This document shows, one piece after another, positions 1-9,987 of a DNA stretch of 64,000 bases. Both the position numbers and the translations under genes were made by a program. Below the pieces are notes generated by a model. That model ran no database searches. It was given only the letters and a program-made list of their open reading frames with translations, and was not told where the DNA came from. Within the stretch, counting starts at the first letter, position 1; the number at the start of each line of letters is the position of its first letter. Source of the DNA: Octopus sinensis (lineage: Eukaryota); assembly GCF_006345805.1 (NCBI RefSeq), contig NC_043011.1, positions 35,352,464-35,416,463 on the forward strand, in the 5' to 3' direction.

Positions 1-295
1 ATTATTTAAATATGTAACAATTATTAAAAAATATAATTGATATCCACTGCGACTCAAAAATTAAAGACAGCAGGCAGGAAACGATCATAGTGGATATTAA
101 TTATATTTTTTAATAATTGTTACATATTTAAATAATATAAATTAATCATATGTATTGGCTTAAGTCTTTCATTGTTTGATTTGCCTAATAGTGGTTTTGT
201 CTCTAATTTAATATAATATAATATTTTACTATAAAATTGGATTCAATCCTAAATCTGATTTTTCCCTGTAAGTTTGGATTTATTCCCTAATATTT

Positions 296-300
<5 letters not shown>
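1..300. repeat. Foldback element: 48-bp inverted arms (1-48 / 89-136) followed by a ttttccctgtaagtt...ttccct terminal motif
   Basis: Arms are reverse complements with 1 mismatch around a 40-nt loop. The terminal motif recurs at 22430-22500 (reverse) and 31470-31545. Confidence 0.75.
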
Positions 301-341
<41 letters not shown>

Positions 342-950
342 TCACACACACACACGTGTGTGTGTGTATAGTTTATATTTTGGAGACAGGTGTCAATGTA
401 TATAGAAACACTTCGATGTGCTCAAGAGAGTAAAACTTCAGCCGTTATATAAGTAAAGCAACGACAAAACAAGCTAGGTACGTCTATTAACACAAATAAG
501 ATACATCTAATTGAAAAGAAAAATGTAAATGTGTGTGAATATTAAGAATACATAGTCCAACTACATAGCAAAAATCTCTACCTATCTTATCCCAAATAAG
601 ATAGGTAGAGTTTTAAGAGTCCTACTGCCATTTCGGGTGGGGTGGGGGCTTTGTGGTCCTGGCGTATGACAAATATTAGGATCCATTATTGGATAACACC
701 GCCTCCTTCTTCAAGGGAAATCTTTTTCTATTAAAACATTTTACATTTGAAATGATGGCATGAACCTCTCCGCCAAGTCACCTGAAACGGCCGTAGGACA
801 TTTAAAACTCAACCTATTTTATTCATGATATCTTTTTTTTATTTAATCTGCCTTATGTATTCTTAATATCCACAAACATTTACATTTTTCTTTTCGATTA
901 AATGTATCTTTATGTGTAAATAGACGTACAGAGCTTGCTTGTCCTTGCTT

Positions 951-1375
951 AGGAGTGGCTGCGTAGTAAGTAGCATGCTTATCAACCACATGGTTCCGGG
1001 TTCAGTCCCACTGCGTGGTACTGTGGGCAGGTGACTTCTACTATAGCCTCGGGCCGACCAAAGCCTTGAGTGGATTTGTTAGAGGGAAACTGAAAGAATC
1101 CCGTCGTATATATATATATATATGCGTGTGTGTGTGTGTGTGTGTGGTGTGTGTGTGTGTGTGTGTCTGTGTTTGTCCTCCGACATCACTTAACAACTGA
1201 TGCTTGTGTGTTTACATCCCAGTAAACTTGGCGGTTCGGCAAGCAGACCGATAGAATAAGTACTAGTCTTACAAAGAATAAGTCCTAGGGTTGATTTGCT
1301 CGACTAAAGGTGGTGCTCCAGCATGGCCGCAGTCAAACGACTGAAACAATTAAAAAATAAAGGAGTAAAAGAAAA
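951..1375 (+). mobile_element. tRNA-derived SINE, family 1 (head - internal TA/TG microsatellite - ggtgctccagcatggcc tail)
   Basis: tRNA-like head (gtggctg..gtggtaag, ggttccgggttcagtccc). The same body and tail recur more than 10 times in the window. Confidence 0.9.
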
Positions 1376-1402
1376 TGAATAAAGGAATATATATATATAT
1401 AT

Positions 1403-1809
1403 GCGCAGGTGTGGCTGTGTGGTAAGTAGCTTGCTTACCAACCATATGGTTCCGGGTTCAGTCCCACTGCGTGGCATCTTGGGCAAATGTCTTCTACTAT
1501 AGCCTCGGGTCGACCAAAGCCTTGTGAGTGGATTTGGTAGACGGAAACTGAAAGAAGCCCGTCGTATATATGTATATATATATATGTGTGTGTGTGTGTT
1601 TGTTTGTCTGTGTTTGTCCCCCTAGCATTGCTTGACAACCGATGCTGGTGTGTTTATGTCCCCGTTACTTAGCGGTTCGGCAAAAGAGACCGATAGGATA
1701 AGTACTGGGCTTACAAAAAGAATAAGTCCCGGGGTCGAGTTGCTCGATTAAAGGCGGTGCTCCAGCATGGCCGCAGTCAAATGACTGAAACAAGTAAAAG
1801 AGTAAAGAG

Positions 1810-1810
<1 letters not shown>
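1403..1810 (+). mobile_element. SINE family 1, near full length
   Basis: Colinear with 951-1375; CpGs retained. Confidence 0.9.
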
Positions 1811-1841
<31 letters not shown>

Positions 1842-1842
<1 letters not shown>

Positions 1843-3099
1843 CCGGTCATCCCATAAGTTCTGGCCGAAATTTGAATAAAGATAACAAGTGATCAAATCT
1901 TATATTTAATTGAAATTTAATTATCAATTTACTTACTCTGATTATCTATGACTTCCTTCCATCTGTTTACAAGCTTTTTAATCCCATCAATGTAAAACTC
2001 TTTTGGTTTCAAAGCGAAAAACTCTGAAATGTCAGTTTCGACCTCCTCCTGGCTTGCGTCCCCCAAATGATTCTGTAAACTACAAAACAAATGGTAGTCT
2101 GAAAGAGCAAGGTCGGGAGAATAATGTGGATGAGGAATTTCTTCCCAACCATGCTCTTCAATCTTCTGTGATGTGGTCTTTGCAGTGTGGGATCGTGCAT
2201 TGTCCTGATGAAACATCACTCCTTTTCGATTCACTAAAGCGGGTCTCTTTTTCTTGAAAGCTTGGTTCAAACGCTCTAATTGCTGACAGTAGACTTGAGC
2301 ATTGGTTGTTGCATTAGGTGGTAACAATTCAAAGTGAATTACTCCTTTGCAATCCCTCCAGATAGAGAGAAGAACCTTTTTTCAATGAAGTTCCCTTCTC
2401 GGTTGTGGTTGAGGTTTCCCCTTTTACCAAACCACTGTTTACGACGTTTAACATTTCGATAGAAGATCCATTTTTCGTCACCAGTCACAAGTCTATCCAA
2501 AAAGGGTTAAGTGAGTTCGCGAGAATGGAGAGAGAGCAGATGTCAACACTGGATTTGCGGTTGCTTTCGGACAATTCATGAGGCACCCCATTTTCCAAGT
2601 TTAGGAACCTTTCCAAGTTGTTGAAGATGACGATGAACAGTTGTATGATTTGAACTAAGCTTTATTGCCAACTTTTCGACTGATAATGCAGGATTTTCTT
2701 CAAGTAATGTCTCAAGGATCTTATCATCAAACTCAACTGGACATCCTGTTCGATCTTCATCTTGAAGGCTGAAATCTACACTTCTGAATTTTGAAAACCA
2801 TCTTCTGCAAGTTCTTTCATTCAAGTATTCTTTCCCATAAACTGAGTGTATGTTTCGAGTCATTTCGGCTGCAGAGTTTCCTTTTTAATACTCATAAAGC
2901 ATTATGTGCCTCAAATGTTAGAAAGGGTTTTAATCAAAGAAATTTTAATTCTATTATTGTGTAAAATAATATTTAATTAGTTTAAATGTACACAAAAGCA
3001 TAAAATTATTTTTTAATTCCATTAGGCATTCTAAAGTTCTATCAAATTTCATTCAATTTTAAAAAGATAAAATTGGACAGAACTTATGGGATGACCTGA
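1842..3099 (-). mobile_element. mariner (DD34D) DNA transposon, full length, transposase pseudogenised
   Basis: TIRs t(c/a)ggtcatcccataagttctg at both ends, flanked by TA; 1258 bp. HQDNA...YSPDLALSD gives 34 residues between the 2nd and 3rd D. HTH fragment at 2576-2863; frameshifts and stops present. Confidence 0.95.
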
Positions 3100-3310
3100 T
3101 ATATAATGAATCCAGACAAAAAATCTTTTACTCCCCTCACACAAGTACGTTCAAAGTTCACAATAGACATATATCACCGGTCAAATTCAATATTCACATA
3201 TATGTGTGGCCATTTCGGGAGCTCACCACCGTAGTTCATTTACACTAAAGTGCAGCACAGCGATGACCCCCTAATCAGGATAAACATGAAACATGCGCAG
3301 ATCAAAGCTT

Positions 3311-3920
3311 TTATGAAAAGCTTATATAATTTAAGAACCCATCAGCGGACCAGTTCAAATTTCCTATAGAAGAAAAAAAACTATAGTTGACATTTTTGTC
3401 TTTCGATTCGCAAATGTAGCTACTAAGTCCTGTAGAGTTCGCTTTACTTCTATCTCTGAAACTAGATTGGTGAGAATTGTATCTAAGAATCATTTCGTTT
3501 TTAGTTTCTCCTATATAAGATTTCTTATGGTTATTTGCGAGTACATCACATTGGTATATTACATTTTTAGATTTACAAATATTGGAGAATTGACACTTCT
3601 TTTTGTCTGTGCAGCCACATAAATTATTAAGTAAATCTATGCATATGTTGTGTTGAAGGGGGTAATTATTTATCAGGTCATTGTCCGTGCTATTTGAGGG
3701 CGAGTTATTAGGCATGTCATTTATTATATCTGACGATTGGTTGGTATGCTTTATGTTGTTATTTATGGAGTTTCATAGAAGGCCTCTAGCTTATTATTGC
3801 TGATTTTTTTTAACAAAACTGTCCGACGAACGGGAACGTGAAACTCCGAGTAACAGCTTTTGCTACATTTCTGCTGCTTTTAAATAAAGCATATTACTCT
3901 ACCTCTGGTATTTTGAGTAC
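3311..3920 (-). mobile_element. Penelope-like element fragment, GIY-YIG endonuclease
   Basis: ORF 3311-3715 contains CGC..KKKC..NICKSKNVIYQC...YIGET...RYNSHQSSFR...NSTGLSSYI, the PLE GIY-YIG pattern. Confidence 0.85.
3819..3856 (+). ncRNA. Minimal type I hammerhead ribozyme motif with U4C change
   Basis: ctgt-CCGACGA-acg(ggaa)cgt-GAAA-ctc(c)gag-TA-acag. Helices I, II and III all pair; GUA cleavage triplet. Confidence 0.6.
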
Positions 3921-4021
3921 TNNNNNNNNNNNNNNNNNNNNNNNNNNNNNNNNNNNNNNNNNNNNNNNNNNNNNNNNNNNNNNNNNNNNNNNNNNNNNNN
4001 NNNNNNNNNNNNNNNNNNNNN

Positions 4022-4690
4022 TTATATACTGTATACAATTTGTGTAACGTTATATACATGTATATAATTTGTGTACGTTTATATCACATATATATAATTT
4101 GTATACGTTATATATAATTATATAATTGGAATACGTTGATATCCATATATATAAATTTGCATACGTTTTATATACATATATATAATTTGCATACGTTTAT
4201 ATACATATATATAATTTCATACGTTTATTATACATATATATAATTTTGTATGCATATATATAATTTGTATATATTTGTATGCATATATAAATTTGTATAT
4301 ATTTACATGGCATATATACGGTTTGTATATATTTCATGCATAGATGCGGTTTGTATATATTTATATACATATATGCGGTTTGTATATATTTTACATACAT
4401 ATATGCGGTTTGTATATATTTATATATATATTGCGGTTTGTATATATTTACATACAATATATGCAGTTTGTATATATTTACATACATATATGCACCTTGT
4501 AGATATTTTACATACCTATATACAATTTGCATATATATTACATACCTATATAACAATTTTTATATATTTACATACTATATACAATTGCATATATTTAATA
4601 CCTATATTTAATTTGCATATATTACATACCTATATACAATTTGCATATATTACATACCTATATACAATTTGCATATATTTACAATTGTCA
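4022..4690. repeat. AT-rich minisatellite, ~26-30 bp drifting unit, abutting the N gap
   Basis: Repeated units such as tatatttacatacatatatgcggtttg and tacctatatacaatttgcatatatta. Confidence 0.85.
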
Positions 4691-4699
4691 TAAAGCATA

Positions 4700-4890
4700 C
4701 AACGTAGAAAAAAAAAAGAAGATTTGGACACCTGGAGGAAAGCACCATCGAAAAGTGGCTTGGTGCGACTATGAAAGATATCCCCGCAGAAGTAGAGGTA
4801 GGCGGGAATTGTAGCCACATTCTACACCAGAGGGAGGACAAAATACAATGGTCGAAATGCAAGGAGACGGGGCCTACAATTCCAGTCTGT
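4700..4890 (+). pseudogene. Possible decayed Tx1-type ORF1 (zinc-knuckle) fragment
   Basis: MKDIPAEVEVGG...KIQWSKCKETG aligns loosely by eye with LEEIGEVIEIGE...KPRCFTCGKKG of the ORF1 at ~14150-14230. Confidence 0.3.
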
Positions 4891-5031
4891 TATATATTTT
4901 GAGTATTGTTATCACTAGCGATATCAAGATATAACATTGTATGTATTTATGTGTAAATGTATATATATATATATATGGATATATATGTGTACATGTAATA
5001 TGAACCATAATATACTTCATATATACATGGA

Positions 5032-5175
5032 CTAGCACTATGACCCGGCAACGACCGGGTCAACACCGGGGTATAAGCTAGTATATCGATATATATGAAA
5101 TAAGAATGTGTCTGTCTGTCTGTGTGAATCCTATAACTTGAGAACTACGCAACCAATTTCATTCAAATTTTACAG
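5032..5175. mobile_element. Helitron-type non-autonomous termini: two back-to-back hairpin+CTAG 3' ends, then a 5' end with (tctg)n
   Basis: actagcactatgacccggcaacg..ccggg (reverse 3' end), cgggtcaacaccggg..gctagt (forward 3' end), then tatgaaataagaatg(tctg)n..ttgagaactacgcaacc. Confidence 0.55.
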
Positions 5176-5308
5176 CTCGCTCTGGGCGCCATTGGGTCAC
5201 TGTCCACGGCTACGAGACCACAGTGAGCGCTATGGCGACCAGAGCTCGCTCTGGCGCCATTGGGCTCACTGTCCACGGCTACGAGACCACAGTGAGCGCT
5301 ATGGCGAC
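5174..5308. repeat. Two tandem ~69-bp GC-rich hairpin units
   Basis: Unit starts at 5174 and 5243. Each has ~18-bp imperfect arms cgccattgggctcactgt / acagtgagcgctatggcg. Confidence 0.85.
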
Positions 5309-5330
5309 TGTCTTACCACTATAAACAGGA

Positions 5331-5962
5331 GGCTTGGCTTGGCTTGGCTTGGCTTGGCTTGGCTTGGCTTGGCTTGGCTTGGCTTGGCTTGGCTTGGCTC
5401 TGGCTTGGCTTGGCTTGGCTTGGATTGGCTTGCTTGGCTTGCTTGGCTTGGCTTGCTTGGCTTGCTGGCTTGGCTTGGCTTGGCTTGGCCTTGGCTGGCT
5501 TGGCTGGGCTTGGCTTGGCTTGGCTTGGCTTGCTTGGCTGGCTTGGCTTGGCTTGGCTTGGCTTGGCTTGGCTGGCTTGGCTTGGCTTGGCTTGGCTGGC
5601 TTGGCTTGGCTTGGCTTGGCTTGGCTTGGCTTGGCTTGGCTTGGCTGGCTTGGCTTGGCTTGGCTTGGCTTGGCTTGGCTGGCTTGGCTTGGCTTGGGCT
5701 TGGATTGCTTGGCTTGGCTTGGTGGCTTGGCTTGGCTTGGCTGGCTTGGCTTGGGCTTGGCTTGGCTTGGCTTGGCTTGGCTGGCTTGGCTTGGCGTGGC
5801 TTGGCTTGGCTTGGCTTGGCTTGGCTTCTTGGCTTGGCTTGGCTTGGCTTGCTTGCTTGGCTTGGCTTGGCTGGCTTGGCTTGGCTTGGCTTGGCTTGGG
5901 CTTGGCTTGGCTTGGTTGGCTTGGCTTGGCTTGCTGCTTGGCTTGGCTTGGCTTGGCTTGGC
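5331..5962. repeat. (GGCTT)n pentamer satellite, ~630 bp
   Basis: Direct reading. It accounts for the LAWLG and AKPSQ ORFs. Confidence 0.98.
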
Positions 5963-6353
5963 AAAGGCAAGAGGCAAGAGGCAGACGGGAGTGCATGAAG
6001 GAAAAGAAAAAGAAATACATTTAGAAATAGATCTATAGTTATTGAGGACAGAATTTCTGTTAGAAATAGAGAACTATGAATATTGAATTATGCATAAAGC
6101 GCTGACTTACATTCGGGGCTTCCAATTTCTCGATTACAAACGCCGGTGGAAGATAAATGTTCCAGAGGACATTCTTGTTCTTTCGTTCGTACAAGGATCG
6201 TATTATGTTTCGGCTTAAAATAAATTATAGATACAAATATAATGTATAGAAATATATAAAAACCAGAATAGAAAATAAACGTCTTAGGCATATAAAATGA
6301 GATATCAAGGTGTTATAAACTTGAAACTTACTAGAATATCATAAATTATATAT

Positions 6354-8893
6354 ATCAAGTCATCCAGTCAGTTCTGTCCAATTTTACCTGCTTTTTAGAG
6401 TTGAATGAAATTAATAGTATTTGCAAATGTCTAATTCAATTAAAAATTATTTTATGCATTTGTGTACGTTTAAACTAATTCAATATTGTTTTACAAAATA
6501 ATAGACGGTGTCCACAAAGTCTGCGTACATGGATTAACACATACTTTTAAAACAAAACAATTTTATTTAATTATAATAAAATAATATTTTCAAAGTGATT
6601 TCCATCATTTTCAATGCATAACTTGATGCGCCTTGCAAAATTCAGGTGAACTTGATTAAATAAGTCTATATTGCCATCAATTTAAGCACACTGACTGGTA
6701 ATGCATTCTCTCGTGTGTTTTAAATCTGTAATCTTTATTGAGTAAACTTTCTCTTTCAACATACCCTGAAAAAGAAACCAAGGGGGAGAAAGGTCTGGTG
6801 AACGAGGGGACCATTCCATATGACCCCTTCTTCCAATCTAGTGAGGAGGAAAAGTGTCATTAAATCAATCTCTAACAGTTGTGGCAAAATGGGTAGGGGC
6901 CTCATCCTGCTGAAACCAATTTGGAAGGTCCTCGCCTAGGCACTCAATTTAAGATATTAATTTGTCTCTCAATATATTTGCATAAGTCTCATCCGTTACA
7001 TGTTCAATGAAGAAGGTTCCTAGAACATGAGCTTTCCAAAAACCACACCACACCATCACCTTTTGCTGTCTTGCTGTTTGGATAGATTCATCCAATGTGG
7101 ATTACCTCGAGACCAGTATAGAAGATTCTGTCTGTTGACTTTACCATTTACATAAAAACGTAGCTTTGTCACTGAACAACACAAAGTTTTTCGTAAAATT
7201 GATATTTTCATCCAATTTATTCGTCTATCAGGATCGTCTTAATTTAAGTGATGCAATATCTGTAGGTTGTATCGATGAAACTTTTCCTCAACCAGCATTT
7301 TGTGGATGGTTGGTTTTGGAACACCTAACACCGTAGATGTCCGACGAAGTGATTTTGGGGGGCTAGCTAGCAGAAACTTTAGCCTCGACAGCCTCTTTAG
7401 TTTCATCTGAAGTCTTTGGTCGCCCGGAACGGGGTTTATCCGAAACACTGCCTGTTTCTTTAAATTTCTTGATCAATTTCCTGACGGCAGTAAAATAAAT
7501 AGGTTGCCTACAAGGGTGTGGAAGATTAAATTCTTCCGCAATTTTGCGATAAGACCATCCTCTCGTCCACTTAATAATACTAACTCGATTCTTTCTTCTT
7601 TAGACAGATTCATCATTCGATCTGGGATTCTTTCTTCTTTAGACAGAGCCATCATTCGATCATCTGTAGAAAAAATAACAAATAAATTTAGAAAAGTAAA
7701 GTATTTTTTTAATTTAATTTAAACAAAAATAAAAAAAGGAAAATTATTATTTCTTATGTTATGATTTTATTCCATAAACCCAGACTTCGTGGACACCCTA
7801 AAATTGCTCTGATTAAAACCCTTTCAACATGGAAGTATCCAAGGAGCATTTAAGGCACATATAATTCTTTATGAGTACAATAAAGGAAACTCTGATGCCG
7901 ACGTGACTCGAAACATACACTCAGTTTATAGCAAAGTGCTCGAATGAAAGAACTTGCAGGAGATCGTCTGCAAAATTGAAGATGAATATCGAACAGGATG
8001 TCCAGTTGAGTTTGACAAGCTCCTTGAGGCATTACTTGAAGAAAATCCGTCATTATCAGTTGAAGAATTGACAATAAGCTTACTTCAAACCATACAACAG
8101 TTCATCGTCATCAACAACGTGGAAAGGTCCTAAACTTGGAAAATAGGTGCCTTATGTATTGTCCGAAAGCAACCGCAAATCCCGAGTTGGCATCTGCTCT
8201 TCTCTCCATTCTCGCAAACTCATTTCACCCTTTTCGATAGACTTGTGATGAAAAATGGATTTTCTATCGAAATGTTAGACGTCGTAAACAGTGGCTTGGT
8301 AAAAGGGAAAATTCTCAACCACAACCGAGAAGGGAACTTCATGGGAAAAAGGTTCTACTCTATCTGATGGGATTGCAAAGGCGTAATTCACTTTATATTG
8401 TTACCACCTAATGCAACAATTAATGCTCAAGTCTACTGTCAGCAATTAGAGCGTTTGAACCAAGCTTTGAAGGAAAAAAGAGCCGCTTTAGTGAGTCGAA
8501 AACGAGTGATGTTTCATCAGGACAATGCGCAACCCCACATTGCAAAGATCACATCACAGAAGATCGAAGGGGTCGGTTTGGAAAAAATTCTTCATCCAAC
8601 TTATTCTCCCGACCTTACTCCTTCAGGATACCATTTGTTTCATAGTTTACAGAATTAGTAGGGGGATACAACTTTCGCAAGCCAGGGGGAGGTCGAACCC
8701 GACATTTCAGAGTTCTTCGCTTTCAAACCAAAAGAGTTTTACGTTGATGGGATTAAAAAGCTTGTAAATAGATGGAGGTAAGTCATAGATAATTAGGGGA
8801 AAGTACATTGATGATTAACTTTCAATTAAATATAACATTTGATCACTTGTATTCTTTATCCAAAATTCAGACAGAACTTATGGGATGACCTGA
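6354..8893 (+). mobile_element. mariner (DD34D) copy 2, same family as 1842-3099, interrupted by a nested element
   Basis: 5' TIR at ~6354; 3' TIR cagaacttatgggatgacctga ends at 8893. MEVSKEHLRHI start at ~7829; HQDNA..YSPDLTPSG at 8398-8658. Confidence 0.9.
6507..7798 (-). mobile_element. IS630-Tc1-mariner element, DD41D (rosa/Visitor-like), nested in the mariner 5' UTR
   Basis: TIRs ggtgtccacaaagtctg / cagacttcgtggacaccc. Decayed translation WFQQD...IGRRGHMEWSPRSPDLSPL gives 41 residues to the expected third D position. SPPKSLRRTS..FHRYNLQILHHLN also present. Confidence 0.8.
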
Positions 8894-9293
8894 GATATAT
8901 ACACTGGCGAAAATATATTTAAGACAGACGATAAAAGTCCTATTTCTTACAAAATATTTTGTTACTAACACCATACAAATTATTTTTTATCTTTTACACC
9001 TTATGCAAAATTTATTTCGCTTTCGAATGATGCAGACAATAACCATTTTTATACTACTTGAAGAATTCTAATGCTAAATATAATTTTAATGGAGATAACC
9101 TGCAGTATATAGTACAACATTTTTGTCTCCGTATATGAGCTAAGTATTAATAAAATGTGGTATACGATAAAAATTTCGGATATTTGTCTTAAAACATTCA
9201 GACAAGAAAATTCAGATGTAGCACATGAGGTATTATTCCATACGAATATCCACATATTTATATTAAAAATTTCATGATAAAAATATAGAAATA

Positions 9294-9775
9294 TTGGGTT
9301 GTCCGGAAAGTTCTTGCAGATTTATCGTAGCTTATCTTTCGACTTATTTTAGAACATGTTTGAGTCCATAAAATAGGATTTGACTACACTCCATTTGGAG
9401 CACAGTTTAATCTATCTTTTCGTGGAAGAAGGTTTATGTTCCAATAACCTGTGTTAATTCTGTAAACCTTTAAATTAAAAGATGAGAAAAATTCATTATC
9501 AGCATTTGATGCTTTGGGAACCAGACAAAAATTGCTGCAGCTTGGCTGGGGTGACTTACCCCACCCTCCATATTCACCAGATATCACTCCTTCGGATTTC
9601 CACTTATTCAGGTCTCTGCAGAATAGTCTTAATGGTGAAAATTTCAATTCCTTAGATGACGTAAAAAGATACCTTGATGAATTATTTGCCTTGAAACCAC
9701 CCCAATTCTGGGAAGAGTATTTAGTGACCATGTACTTTCCTTTAAAAATCGGAACGAACTTTCCGGACAACCCAA
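9294..9775 (+). mobile_element. Internally deleted mariner (MITE-like, 482 bp) of a second family
   Basis: Perfect TIRs ttgggttgtccggaaagttc / gaactttccggacaacccaa with TA flanks. Retains PHPPYSPDITPSDFHLFRSLQN. Confidence 0.92.
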
Positions 9776-9987
9776 TATAAACATAACAATGAAATACAAA
9801 TAAAACATGAAAAATGAAAACCTGAATTGAAAGAGGCGATTAAATTTTTTTCCTAACCTGCAGCCGTTTGTTGTACGAGGTATTCGAAATTCAGCCCTCC
9901 TTCCTCAGGGTTCTTTCTCGAGGTAAAATCCAGCAGAGAAAGCAGTAAGGCACTGCATGATAAGGTTCAGTTGTTGAGTGTCTATGA

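Noticed and set aside
3922-4021. Run of 100 N
   Set aside because: Scaffold gap of placeholder length; adjacency across it is uncertain.
5174-5308. CRISPR repeat, RAG RSS or AAV-ITR interpretation
   Set aside because: Only two units with no unique spacers and no cas genes; the heptamer lacks a nonamer at 12 or 23 bp; the similarity to AAV ITR is limited to 8-mers.
5331-5962. Telomeric repeat
   Set aside because: Interstitial, and not the TTAGGG repeat expected for molluscs.
5108-6038. Six overlapping 220-300 aa ORFs (LAWLG / AKPSQ repeats)
   Set aside because: Translation of (GGCTT)n, which has no stop codon in any frame; no coding evidence.
8905-9225. Tc1-like MITE (tacactggcg... / ...tgtcttaa...gatgta)
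   Set aside because: The inverted ends match too poorly to call.
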